Counted from the first letter of the stretch, positions 10,309 to 20,287 are shown. The stretch is DNA of 64,000 nt from Bacteroidales bacterium (GCA_018004645.1 JAGNBV010000001.1:4665-68664), one strand, 5' to 3'. A program made the numbers and translations. The notes: generated by a model from the sequence alone, not told the origin.

Positions 10309-11562
10309 TTGAAAAAGTATCTTATCCTGCTTATCGGCCTGTTAAGTATTTATAATCAGTCTGTTTCTCAAAATATTGACTATGCACGCGGGGTGATAGA
10401 TACCCTGGCTTCGCCTGAATTTTTTGGGCGCGGGTATGTAAATTCTGGCGATAAAATAGCCGCAGATTATATCGTAAAACAATTCGAAAAGTCAGGTGTA
10501 AAACCTTTTGAAACCGGATATTTGCAACCCTTCGAAATGTGTATCAACACCTTTCCCGGCGAAATTAAACTTGTGGCCAATGGCAGGGAACTAATACCCG
10601 GGACCGATTTTGTGGTTTTTCCTGATGCTGCGCCAACCAATGCCGTTTTTAAAACCATGTGGCTTAACGGAGAAAGTTTAAACACACCGCAAAAAATAAA
10701 AAAATTCAACGCTGCCAGATTGGGAAATGTAGCGCTGATAATTGATACGGGATTTAAAGACCTGAAAAATGAAAAATTAAACCAGGCGGCTGCTTTGATA
10801 ACTATTACCGACAAAAATGTTTCGTGGCATGTTTCCCGTGCACAGCAACAGAGCCGGCAAATAAAAATCAGCCTGAAAAGGCCGTCACTACCCGAAAAAA
10901 CACGAAAAATATATTTGAAAATTGACGCCGCGCTGCAAAAAAACTATAAAACCAACAACGTAGTTGGCTACCTGCCCGGGCGTGTGAGTTCCGACACATT
11001 TCTTGTTGTTGGCGGACACTACGACCATCTTGGCATGATGGGAAATAAAACTTTTTTTCCCGGCGCCAATGATAATGCCAGCGGAACAGCGATAGTGCTC
11101 GATTTGGCCAGGCATTTTTCAGATACAGCCAACAGGCCGCGATATTCAGTGGCTTTTGTGCTGTTTGCTGCTGAAGAGGCAGGATTGCTGGGCTCAGAAT
11201 ACTTTACCACACACCCCCCGGTGCCTTTAAAGAACATTAAATTCATGGTGAATCTTGATATGGTTAGTACGGGCAGCGAGGGAATTAAAGTGGTAAACGG
11301 CAGCGTGCTGAAAGAAGAGTTTGAAAAACTAAAATCCATCAACAACCACCATAATTATCTGAAAACAATCAGCGAAAGGGGAGAAGCCGCTAACAGCGAT
11401 CACTACTTTTTTTATAAGAATGGTGTAAAAAGTTTTTTTATTTATTCTCTTGGCGACGAATATAAGGAATATCATACAGTTACTGATGCAGCTGCCGGCC
11501 TGCCCCTGACAAAATATAACGAGATTTTTAAGCTGGTGAAGGAGTTTATTTATAGTTTTTAA
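10309..11562 (+). CDS. M28-family zinc aminopeptidase, secreted
   Basis: TTG start and signal peptide. Metal-ligand motifs GGHYDHLG, NDNASGTA, FAAEEAGLLGS, NLDMV. Confidence 0.85.
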   Translation: MKKYLILLIGLLSIYNQSVSQNIDYARGVIDTLASPEFFGRGYVNSGDKIAADYIVKQFEKSGVKPFETGYLQPFEMCINTFPGEIKLVANGRELIPGTDFVVFPDAAPTNAVFKTMWLNGESLNTPQKIKKFNAARLGNVALIIDTGFKDLKNEKLNQAAALITITDKNVSWHVSRAQQQSRQIKISLKRPSLPEKTRKIYLKIDAALQKNYKTNNVVGYLPGRVSSDTFLVVGGHYDHLGMMGNKTFFPGANDNASGTAIVLDLARHFSDTANRPRYSVAFVLFAAEEAGLLGSEYFTTHPPVPLKNIKFMVNLDMVSTGSEGIKVVNGSVLKEEFEKLKSINNHHNYLKTISERGEAANSDHYFFYKNGVKSFFIYSLGDEYKEYHTVTDAAAGLPLTKYNEIFKLVKEFIYSF

Positions 11563-11737
11563 TCTGAACCTGGCAGACCCTATAAAGGCTTGCGTTAAAG
11601 TATTTGCTATGATAAGATAAAAAAAACAATCACAGGCAACCAAATGGACATTTGCGTTGTCTAATATGCATTAAACCCCTCAATAAGCGAAAGGATTTTA
11701 TCCCCCAAATCCTCAGCTGCAAAAAAAAGTTCCGAAA

Positions 11738-11768
11738 GAACCCCGGCCCCGGGGTTCTTTTTTTTATT
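11738..11768 (+). terminator. rho-independent terminator
   Basis: GAACCCCGG/CCGGGGTTC stem followed by T8, ~175 nt after the peptidase stop. Confidence 0.6.
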
Positions 11769-12035
11769 ACTCAGATATTTACCATAACTCCGGTGTGTCT
11801 GCTAATCCCAGATTGAGCAATAGGAAGTAGTGGACTATTGCGCAGTGGTGGCATCGTGGGCTGTATTTGCCTGCCCCGTGAACGAAGTTGCGGGGGGTAG
11901 CCCCGACTTAGAAAATGTTTCCGCTATGGCGGTATTACATTTTCTTTGTCGATTACGCTTTAACGAATCAAATCATATGTTATTGATTATTAGAAGATAA
12001 TGATTGATTAGTTCTATTGCGTAGAAATAAAAGTA

Positions 12036-12427
12036 TTTAATGCGTAATTCCATCTAACTTAATAAAACTAACTGTATTTCAATATATTCTAAGTTTCATA
12101 AAATATTCGTATTTATCAAAATATTTTATTTTTTCGTAGAAAAAAAGTGCGTTGGCTTGGCCCAGACGGCGGGCCAGCTCAGGCGTGAATCAGAAAATAT
12201 TTGAAAATCTTCAAAGGCCCCGCAGATTGCGGGGTTTCCCGACGCATGGCGTCGGGCCTACTTTGATTAGATTTTCAATATTTTCTGAGAGCGGGCAGAA
12301 GCATTGTCTGGGCTGTCTTTTTCTTTGGTTCATTTCTTTTGGACAAGCAAAAGAAATGAACACACAAATCAAAACACAATCATTCTAAAAGTTAGATGTT
12401 TTATTCTACTTTTTAAAGTCTTGAAAT
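12036..12427 (+). repeat. 392-bp structured repeat, copy A (inverted partner at 29435..29826)
   Basis: Aligns by eye at roughly 90% identity to the reverse complement of 29435..29826. Contains a ~21-bp long stem (12190-12210 / 12269-12288) enclosing two GC hairpins (12218-12234, 12238-12256), plus a perfect 13-bp hairpin (12328-12361). Confidence 0.9.
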
Positions 12428-12504
12428 ATGGGCTAAGACAATAAGTTGTTCAAAATCCTGCTTTTTGATGCGATATTCGTTCTATCTTTGCATATCATTC
12501 AACG

Positions 12505-13371
12505 ATGGAAAAAGAAACTCCCCAACAACAGGTATTGGTGCCTTATGACTTTTCCAAAGGGTCCGAAAACGCCCTGACAACTGCTATTGAACTGGCATCT
12601 CTTTTCAAGTGCGGGATTAGCCTGTTTCATGCCCTGAATAAAAAAAATATGCGGCTTTATCCGGGACGGGAAGAAGCTGAAAATATTACCAGAAACAAAC
12701 TTATCGCCATTGCCCGCGACGTGATAGAAGTGAGGCAGGTGCCGGTTAATGTTTATGTTTTTGTTGACGAGGTGCATCAGGTGGTTAATAAGATTTATGA
12801 ACGCATCAACGCCATCGCTGTGGTGGCAGGCCTTAACACGCCCAAAAATGCGGCTGATTATTTTACGCCCGGCAACCTGGTTACCGATTACCGGAACCTG
12901 CGCATACCATTGATTATTGTGCACGAGGTGTTACCGCGAAGAACGATGTTCGAGGGCATGGTGCTGCCTCTGGATTTCAACCGCGAATCTAAAGAAAAAG
13001 CTGCCTGGGCAGGACATATCAGCACCCTGAACAAAAGTTCTGTCAGCATTCTGACACGGCATTACAAGGATCCTTACTTTGCGGCATCTCTTCGCAGTAA
13101 TCTGGCCCTGGTTAAAAAGTTATATGCCAACCTTAATGTGGATTATCAGATAAAATTCGAGGCCGGGCTCAGGAGTGATATTGATAAATATGCCGTGGAT
13201 TATGCCTGGTATAATCAGGGCGCCATGGTAGTGATTATGGCAACCAAAGAAATAGCGGTGGATGATTTTATTTTTGGATTAAAAGAAAAAAGTATCATCG
13301 ACAATAAGTACAAACTGCCGGTAATGCTGATAAATCCCCGCGACGATCTTTATTTGCCTTGCGGTTGCTGA
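12505..13371 (+). CDS. universal stress protein family, tandem Usp domains
   Basis: 288 aa in two Usp-like halves (VLVPYDFSKGSENAL..., MVLPLDFNRESKEKA...). Confidence 0.75.
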   Translation: MEKETPQQQVLVPYDFSKGSENALTTAIELASLFKCGISLFHALNKKNMRLYPGREEAENITRNKLIAIARDVIEVRQVPVNVYVFVDEVHQVVNKIYERINAIAVVAGLNTPKNAADYFTPGNLVTDYRNLRIPLIIVHEVLPRRTMFEGMVLPLDFNRESKEKAAWAGHISTLNKSSVSILTRHYKDPYFAASLRSNLALVKKLYANLNVDYQIKFEAGLRSDIDKYAVDYAWYNQGAMVVIMATKEIAVDDFIFGLKEKSIIDNKYKLPVMLINPRDDLYLPCGC

Positions 13372-14024
13372 TTATCAGAAGTTTCCATTGGGGCCGCATC
13401 GAAGCGGAACAGGCGTTTTTGAAAAATCAATAAAATAAAAACCCCTACCGTAATGGTGGCATCGGCAATATTGAAAACCGGTTCGAAAAAAGTAAAGGGC
13501 TGACCGCCCCAGAAAGGAAACCACGAGGGCAATTCCACGGTAAACAACGGGAAGAAAAGCATATCGACCACTTTTCCATGCAAAAAAGTTGAATAACCGC
13601 CCCCGTCGGGGAAGAGCAGGGCTTTATCAAAAGGCGTACTTTCGCTGAAAATAAGGCCGTAAAAGGCGCTGTCGATGATATTGCCTATGGCGCCTGCAAA
13701 AATCAGCGATATGGTAACAATTAAAAAAGTGCCGGCTTTCTTTTTGGCCAGATAAACAATATACCAGCCGATAGCACAGATGGCAATAAGGCGGAAAATA
13801 CTCAGGGCAATTTTGCCATAGTTCCCGGCAAACTCCATCCCGAAAGCCATGCCATAGTTTTCGATAAATAATATTTGAAACCAATCGGCGCCAAACACAT
13901 GTACCGATTCACCTAGAAAAAAATGAGTTTTGATCCAAATTTTTATTATTTGGTCAATCAACAATATTACAAATACTACCGATGCGGAAATCAGCAGTTT
14001 TTTTTTGGTGTCGGTAAGCGTCAC
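13350..14024 (-). CDS. lspA: lipoprotein signal peptidase (signal peptidase II)
   Basis: Four TM helices. Motifs GAIGNIIDS, VVDMLFF, FNIADATI. Confidence 0.9.
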   Translation of the reverse strand: MTLTDTKKKLLISASVVFVILLIDQIIKIWIKTHFFLGESVHVFGADWFQILFIENYGMAFGMEFAGNYGKIALSIFRLIAICAIGWYIVYLAKKKAGTFLIVTISLIFAGAIGNIIDSAFYGLIFSESTPFDKALLFPDGGGYSTFLHGKVVDMLFFPLFTVELPSWFPFWGGQPFTFFEPVFNIADATITVGVFILLIFQKRLFRFDAAPMETSDNQQPQGK

Positions 14025-15115
14025 TTTTGTTTGCCTTGTTGAAGCTTGGCCTCCATGCTCAGGGTGGCATGAGGCACGATTTTAAGCCGTTCTTTGGATA
14101 TTAATTTACCGGTTACCCTGCAAATGCCATAAGACTTGTTTTCGATGCGTATAAGCGCGTTTTCGAGGTTTGAAATAAACTTAACCTGCCGCATGGCCAG
14201 CTGGCTGTTTTCTTCTTTAGAAAGCACCTGAGAGCCTTCTTCGAGAATTTTAAAAGTAGGCGAGGTGTCGTTGATATCCTGACCGGCGTTGTTGGAATAG
14301 GCTTCGGTAAGCAGTTCGAGATCGCGACGGGCTTCTTCCAGCTTTTTCAGGATGATTTCCTTGAATTCCTGAAGTTCTTCATCACTATATCTTGTTTTTT
14401 CAGCTTTTTCTTCTGCGATGACAGGAGTATTAATTACTTCTTCCTTAACGGGCTGGCTTACCTTTTTTGTTTCCGTTTTTTTAACGGCGGCTATTGGCTT
14501 GCTATCTGTGCTTTCCTTTACAACGGGCTTGATGGCCTTGGGAGGGGCAGCTACTTTTTTGGGCGCTGTTTTGGGAGCGGAAGTTTTTTTCACCGGAGCC
14601 GTTTTGAGTGTTTTCTTTACCTCAACTTTTTTGGGGGCTGGTGCAGGCTTTTTTGCTACGGTTTTTTTTGTTATAACCTTCTTTTTTGGCGCCACAGCAA
14701 CTTTTTTGGGCTCCACCTTCTTTTTTACTACGGCAGCAACTTTTTTGGCCGTTACTTTCTTTGGTGCAACTTTCTTTTTTGGTGCGATGACAACTTTTTT
14801 TACCTCAACTTTTTTTGCTACCACTTTCTTTTTTTGGATATTGACCACTTTTTTTGGTGCAGTTTTTTTTGCTGCCACAGTCTTTTTGGGAGCAGTTACC
14901 GCTTTTTTTACCGTGGTTTTTTTTGTTGTAATCGTTTTTTTAGGAGCGCTGACAACTTTTTTAGCAACAACTTTTTTGGCAACTACTTTCTTTTTTGGGG
15001 CCGTAGCAGCTTTTTTTACCGTGGTTTTTTTTGCTGCAGCGTTCTTTTTGGGAGCGCTTTTTATCTTTTTTTCAGCAACTTTTTTCACAACAGCTTTTTT
15101 AACCTTTTTTTGCAT
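14021..15115 (-). CDS. DksA/TraR-family protein with ~230-aa lysine/alanine/proline-rich histone-H1-like N-terminal repeat region
   Basis: C-terminal ~120 aa look DksA-like (coiled coil, then YGICRVTGKLISKERLKIVPHATLSMEAK). The N-terminus has many KKxxxAPKKKV(V)AKK repeats. Sits in conserved ileS-dksA-lspA order. Confidence 0.8.
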   Translation of the reverse strand: MQKKVKKAVVKKVAEKKIKSAPKKNAAAKKTTVKKAATAPKKKVVAKKVVAKKVVSAPKKTITTKKTTVKKAVTAPKKTVAAKKTAPKKVVNIQKKKVVAKKVEVKKVVIAPKKKVAPKKVTAKKVAAVVKKKVEPKKVAVAPKKKVITKKTVAKKPAPAPKKVEVKKTLKTAPVKKTSAPKTAPKKVAAPPKAIKPVVKESTDSKPIAAVKKTETKKVSQPVKEEVINTPVIAEEKAEKTRYSDEELQEFKEIILKKLEEARRDLELLTEAYSNNAGQDINDTSPTFKILEEGSQVLSKEENSQLAMRQVKFISNLENALIRIENKSYGICRVTGKLISKERLKIVPHATLSMEAKLQQGKQK

Positions 15116-15141
15116 AATATTTTTGTTTTATAATTTTAAAA

Positions 15142-18100
15142 TCAAGCTTTGCTTAACGAAACAAAAGTTATCGCGTTGTCTGTTAGTTCTATCTGATTTT
15201 TCACGCCCTCAATTGCATCAACAAAATCTATTGATACAGCTAAAATTTCGCTGCAAATATACAAATTATTATTTTCAACAGCAGCAACTAAATTGTGTTG
15301 TCTTTCCACCAACACCCGTATTTTGTCGGTAACTTCAAAATGAAGTTCTTTTCGCAGGGTTTGGATACGGTTTATAAATTCTCTGGCCAGGCCTTCTTCC
15401 ACAAGTTGCGGGGTAAGTGTGGTGTCGAGAGCTACCGTAATGTTTTCAGCCACAGACACTACCCAGCCGGGGATGTCTTCTGTTATGATTTCCACATCAT
15501 TAATGGAAATTTCAACTGGCGTATTATCAATGTCAAGCCCGAAGGTTTTGTTTTTTTCCAGTTCGTTGATTTGCTGCTGATTCATGGCACTGATGACGGC
15601 GGCAAGCGTCTTCATCTGTTTTCCGAATTTGGGTCCCAGCGCCTTAAAATCCGGCTTAATCTTTTTTACCAGAATATTGTTTTCGCCCTCGATGTATTCA
15701 ATTTCTTTTACATTAACCTCCGAGAGTATCAGGTTTTTAACGGCTTCTACCTGCACCTTTGTCTTGGTTTCCGTTATGGGTAGCATTATTTTTGCAAGCG
15801 GCTGACGCACACGCAAATTATGTTTTTTGCGTAGCGATAATACCATGGAAGATATTTTCTGAGCGAGCTCCATGCGTTCTTCAAGGTCTTTATCAACCAA
15901 TTTGTTGTCAGCTACCGGAAATTCAGCGAGATGTACGGACGGAAACTGAAGTTTTCCCGTTACGTTATTGAGGTCGAGGAAGAGTTTTTCGGCAAAAAAA
16001 GGAGCGATGGGCGATGTTAGTAATGCGATGGTTTTCAGGCATGTATAAAGGGTCTGGTAGGCCGAAATTTTGTCCTTGGAATAATCGCCTTTCCAGAAAC
16101 GACGCCGGCATAAGCGCACATACCAGTTGCTGAGGTACTCATCCACAAAATCCTGTATCAGCCTGCCGGCACGGGTTGGCTCGTAATCGGCATAGCACTC
16201 GTCAACCCGCATTATCAGTGTGTTGAGTTCCGAAATAATCCACCGGTCTATCTCCGGACGTTGTCCGACAGGGATTTCCTCTTCCTGATAAGCAAAGCCG
16301 TCAATGTTGGCATACAAAGCAAAAAACGCATAGGTGTTGTACAGTGTTCCGAAAAATTTCCGCTGCACCTCACCGATGCCTTCACTGTCGAATTTCAGGT
16401 TATCCCAGGGTTGCGAATTGGTTATCATGTACCAGCGCGTGGCATCGGGGCCATATTTGGAAATGGTCTCAAAAGGATCTACGCCATTGCCGAGCCGTTT
16501 CGACATTTTGTTGCCGTTTTTATCAAGCACCAAGCCGTTGGAAACCACGTTTTTAAAGGCAACGGAGTCGAATAACATCGCCGCAATGGCATGCAGGGTA
16601 AAAAACCATCCCCTGGTTTGGTCGACGCCTTCGGCAATAAAATCGGCCGGAAATTTAGATTTAAAAATATCCGCATTTTCAAAAGGATAATGCAGTTGTG
16701 CATAAGGCATGGAGCCCGAATCGAACCATACATCAATCAGGTCGGGTTCGCGGAACATCTTTTGGCCCGAGGGCGAAACCAGCACAATTTCATCAACATA
16801 AGGACGGTGAAGGTCAATGGTGTTATAGTTTTCTTTTGAATTATTTCCGTCGATAAAATCCTTGTATGGGTTGGTGCTCATAAAGCCTTTTTCAACGGCT
16901 TTTTCGATTTCCTTTTTCAGCTGATCCACCGATCCTATGCAGATTTTTTCCGAGCGGTCTTCCGTGGCCCAGATAGGCAAAGGAACACCCCAGTATCTTG
17001 TGCGTGAAAGGTTCCAGTCCACCAGGTTTTCGAGCCAGTTGCCAAACCTCCCGGTACCGGTGCTTTCGGGCTTCCAGTTGATGGTTTTATTTAACTCAAT
17101 CATACGTTCTTTGCATGCCGTGGTTTTGATAAACCAGGAATCGAGCGGATAGTACAAGATAGGCTTGTCGGTGCGCCAGCAGTGCGGATAGGAGTGTTCG
17201 TATTTTTCTGACTTGAAGGCCCTGTTTTCTTTTTTCAGTTTGATAATGATGTCGATATCAACATTGTTGCCGGGTTCGTTATTTTTAACAGGGTCGTATT
17301 CGTTTTTCACATAACGTCCTGCAAATTCGCCCATTTCCGCGACAAATTTTCCCTGCTTGTCAACCAGGGTGAGCGATCCCAGGCCTTTTTGCCGGGCAGT
17401 ACGGAAGTCGTCGGCGCCAAAACTGGGTGCAATGTGCACGATACCTGTTCCGTCTTCGGTTGTTACAAAATCACCGGCCACCACCTTGAAAGCATCGCCG
17501 TCGTCGGGCTGTACGTAAGGGAGAAGCTGTTCGTAACGGATTTCTTCCAGTTGTTTTCCTTTAAATTCTGCCACAACGCGATAGGGTATGTTTTTGTTTT
17601 CCGGCAGGTACTCTTCCATCGACAGTGCCGCATTTTTTTCCGGGAAATAGCTCTCTTTCAGGTTTTTGGCAAGGATAACGGTTATCGGCTGGTGCGTGTA
17701 TTGATTAAAAGATTGCACGGCGATATAATCGATGTTGGATCCAACGGCCAGAGCCGTATTGGATGGCAGGGTCCAAGGTGTGGTGGTCCAGGCAAGGATG
17801 AACAGCTCGCCGTGAAGTTTTTTACTGAGTTCTTTTATCAAAGGATGGTCGTTGTTAACCACTTTAAACTGGGCAACGACCGTGTTGTCTTTTACATCCT
17901 TATAACAGCCGGGCAGGTTGAGTTCGTGCGAGCTTAGCCCCGTGCCGGCTGCCGGCGAATAGGGTTGTATGGTGTAACCCTTGTATAGCAGACCTTTTTC
18001 GTATAATTTGCTGAGCAGATGCCAAACGGATTCAATGTATTTGTTGTCGAAAGTAATATAAGGATTTTCGAGGTCAACCCAATAGCCCATTTTAACTGTG

Positions 18101-18525
18101 AGGTCGTCCCACTGGTCCTTATATTTCATCACTTCTTTGCGGCATTGTTGGTTATATTCTTCTACCGTGATCGATTTGCCGATATCTTCTTTTGTAATTC
18201 CCAGGGTTTTTTCAACAGCTATTTCGATAGGCAAGCCGTGGGTGTCCCAGCCGGCTTTGCGTTCCACATAATAACCCTTAAGGGTTTTGTAACGGCAAAA
18301 AATATCTTTGATAGCACGAGCCATCACATGATGAATGCCGGGCTGGCCGTTGGCAGAGGGAGGCCCTTCGTAAAACACAAAGGGCGGGCACCCCTTGCGG
18401 GTATCAATACTTTTTTGAAAAATATCGTGCTGCTGCCAGTATTCATTTATTTCAGAAGCAATGTTTGTCAGGCTGAGTTGCTTGTATTCCGTGTATTTCT
18501 GTTTCATAAAGCTTAAATATTGCAT
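15142..18525 (-). CDS. ileS: isoleucine--tRNA ligase
   Basis: 1127 aa. Class I motifs PSANGQPGIHH (HIGH) and KMSKRLGN (KMSKS), plus a CP1 editing domain. Confidence 0.97.
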   Translation of the reverse strand: MQYLSFMKQKYTEYKQLSLTNIASEINEYWQQHDIFQKSIDTRKGCPPFVFYEGPPSANGQPGIHHVMARAIKDIFCRYKTLKGYYVERKAGWDTHGLPIEIAVEKTLGITKEDIGKSITVEEYNQQCRKEVMKYKDQWDDLTVKMGYWVDLENPYITFDNKYIESVWHLLSKLYEKGLLYKGYTIQPYSPAAGTGLSSHELNLPGCYKDVKDNTVVAQFKVVNNDHPLIKELSKKLHGELFILAWTTTPWTLPSNTALAVGSNIDYIAVQSFNQYTHQPITVILAKNLKESYFPEKNAALSMEEYLPENKNIPYRVVAEFKGKQLEEIRYEQLLPYVQPDDGDAFKVVAGDFVTTEDGTGIVHIAPSFGADDFRTARQKGLGSLTLVDKQGKFVAEMGEFAGRYVKNEYDPVKNNEPGNNVDIDIIIKLKKENRAFKSEKYEHSYPHCWRTDKPILYYPLDSWFIKTTACKERMIELNKTINWKPESTGTGRFGNWLENLVDWNLSRTRYWGVPLPIWATEDRSEKICIGSVDQLKKEIEKAVEKGFMSTNPYKDFIDGNNSKENYNTIDLHRPYVDEIVLVSPSGQKMFREPDLIDVWFDSGSMPYAQLHYPFENADIFKSKFPADFIAEGVDQTRGWFFTLHAIAAMLFDSVAFKNVVSNGLVLDKNGNKMSKRLGNGVDPFETISKYGPDATRWYMITNSQPWDNLKFDSEGIGEVQRKFFGTLYNTYAFFALYANIDGFAYQEEEIPVGQRPEIDRWIISELNTLIMRVDECYADYEPTRAGRLIQDFVDEYLSNWYVRLCRRRFWKGDYSKDKISAYQTLYTCLKTIALLTSPIAPFFAEKLFLDLNNVTGKLQFPSVHLAEFPVADNKLVDKDLEERMELAQKISSMVLSLRKKHNLRVRQPLAKIMLPITETKTKVQVEAVKNLILSEVNVKEIEYIEGENNILVKKIKPDFKALGPKFGKQMKTLAAVISAMNQQQINELEKNKTFGLDIDNTPVEISINDVEIITEDIPGWVVSVAENITVALDTTLTPQLVEEGLAREFINRIQTLRKELHFEVTDKIRVLVERQHNLVAAVENNNLYICSEILAVSIDFVDAIEGVKNQIELTDNAITFVSLSKA

Positions 18526-18754
18526 AAAAAAACGTGCAAAGGTAAAAAAAAATCATGACAAGCCGCCTGTGAAATGCAAACACAGTTTTATCAACAAAGG
18601 CGCGACTTTTTCACAAGCAGTTTTTTACAAAACAATAACCCAGGGTTAATTTAAGGTCAAGCCAATATTAAGATTGCGTTAATTTTTTGATATACAAATG
18701 AATATAAGGCAAAAAACCTCTTTTTTTGCATCCGCAAGTCTCAAAATTGTGAAA

Positions 18755-19747
18755 ATGAAAAAATTAATTTTGATTATTATTGGATTCTTTTTGTTGACAG
18801 CTCCAACTGGCGCGCTGGCGCAAGACGACACTACAGGGTTTGTGAAACGCTGGCTTCCGGGGACCATTACCGGCGTTATCCGGACCAAATACGAGCAAAA
18901 TACCAGCAACGGAAAGGGTCGTTTTGATGTGCGCAATGCCCGTTTTGGCATGAAAGGTAATGTGGGTAAGTATTTTGGTTATAAATTCGAGATTGATTTT
19001 TGCGATGAAGGCAAGATTAAAATGCTTGATGTCTATGCCGATTTTATTCCGGTGAAAAACCTCACTTTTTCGCTGGGGCAGATGAAAGCACCATTCAGCA
19101 CCGAATACCTGCTGAATCCTTCCAAATATGAGTTTGCCAACCGGCCGTTTATTGATAAGCGCATTTGTATGGATTTGCGGGACATCGGTTTTAAAATCAC
19201 TTACGATTATGAAGGGAAAATACCCTTTTCTGTCTCAGGTTTTATCATGAACGGAACTGGAGTAAACAATCCCGAATGGACCACCCGCTTTGCCGCCGGA
19301 GGCCGTACATTGATCACTCCCTTTAAAGGCTTTACGATACAGGCCCAATATCTGGCCGGCACTGTCGGCGACAAGAGAACGGAAATGCAGGGTTATGGCA
19401 TAAGGTATGAATACAAGGGATTAATAATCAATACGGAATATGCGCAAAAAACCATAGTGGATACGGCCAGCGCTTATACTCAAAACAGTATGTTCGCTTA
19501 TGTGCTTTATAATTTTCAATTCACCGGGGGAATGATAAAAACATTAACTCCCGCCCTGAGGTATGATTTTTTTTCGGGGAATATGAAATCAGGCATTTAT
19601 GAGCCACACCGGCTCACTGCCGGACTCACACTGGGCTTTCACAAGTTGTCTTTTGCCAATATCCGCTTCAACTATGAAAAATATTTTTATCGGGTATCCG
19701 AAGGACGAGAGGACAAATTTACCGTTGAATTTATGGTGAAATTTTAA
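18755..19747 (+). CDS. outer-membrane porin, phosphate-selective porin O/P-like
   Basis: Start moved to MKKLILII, which has a signal peptide. Beta-barrel-like alternating pattern, a RFDVRNARFGMKGN motif, and terminal F. Confidence 0.7.
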   Translation: MKKLILIIIGFFLLTAPTGALAQDDTTGFVKRWLPGTITGVIRTKYEQNTSNGKGRFDVRNARFGMKGNVGKYFGYKFEIDFCDEGKIKMLDVYADFIPVKNLTFSLGQMKAPFSTEYLLNPSKYEFANRPFIDKRICMDLRDIGFKITYDYEGKIPFSVSGFIMNGTGVNNPEWTTRFAAGGRTLITPFKGFTIQAQYLAGTVGDKRTEMQGYGIRYEYKGLIINTEYAQKTIVDTASAYTQNSMFAYVLYNFQFTGGMIKTLTPALRYDFFSGNMKSGIYEPHRLTAGLTLGFHKLSFANIRFNYEKYFYRVSEGREDKFTVEFMVKF

Positions 19748-19942
19748 ACCCCCAAATGGGAATTTCGCGTAAAACATTGTTTATAAAAGACATGATTTCT
19801 TTATTTGGCGCGAAACACGGGTTATTTTACTAACAGACAAAACGTTATCAACATTTGTTAATAAGTGCTGTTTATAAGGTGTTTATAATTTATTTTGTAA
19901 AAAACTTGATTTCTGGTTATAAATTTCGTATATTTGTTTATT

Positions 19943-20245
19943 CAGAGGAGCGATAAAACACCGGCTTGAAAAAGCAAGTTCTTTTAAAAGTTGTATCATT
20001 ATATGAGAGGGACCAACCATGCGTTTTCCCGGCAACAATCCAGATGGATTGATTGCACCATAAAGGAAACACCTTAGCTGGTGAGTATGAAGTTCTAATT
20101 GTAAAATCATATAATCGATAAAAGCAACCGGGTCCGCAAGGAGCAGGTGAAAATAACCGTAATCTGGCGTTTACCGGCGGTTACGACAGCCGATAAATGA
20201 ATGGGGAACAAAATTCAAAACTTTGTTCCCCATTGTGTTTTTATA
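19943..20245 (+). ncRNA. candidate orphan structured RNA, class unknown
   Basis: TATATTTG -7 box at 19929-19936, with TTG about 20 nt upstream. No ORF longer than 20 aa. Ends at terminator GGGGAACAAA/TTTGTTCCCC (20203-20231) plus a T-run. No downstream plus-strand gene. Confidence 0.3.
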
Positions 20246-20287
20246 CCGTCGGGTAAATTCATGAATTTACCCGGTAGTTTTTGCATA

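Noticed and set aside
12328-12361. The palindromic 34-mer GTTCATTTCTTTTGGACAAGCAAAAGAAATGAAC as a possible CRISPR repeat
   Set aside because: It occurs only once per locus, with no spacer-repeat periodicity. No cas genes are present in the window.
12152-12388. 78-aa ORF in repeat A, and its 67-aa twin at 29475-29678
   Set aside because: The reading frames run through perfect hairpins and a long inverted repeat. The two copies are similar because the DNA is repeated, not because of coding constraint.
14418-15332. Plus-strand ORFs of 304 aa and 99 aa rich in F/T/G/A
   Set aside because: They are mirror-frame artefacts of the lysine/alanine repeat region of the minus-strand dksA-like gene.
20128-20160. 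Calling the GGGTCC-GCAA-GGAGCAGG segment an SRP RNA (ffs), or the GGTGAAAAT string a cobalamin riboswitch
   Set aside because: The highly conserved GGAAGCAGC SRP motif is not intact, and no B12 box or downstream regulated gene is present. The region is kept only as an unclassified RNA candidate.
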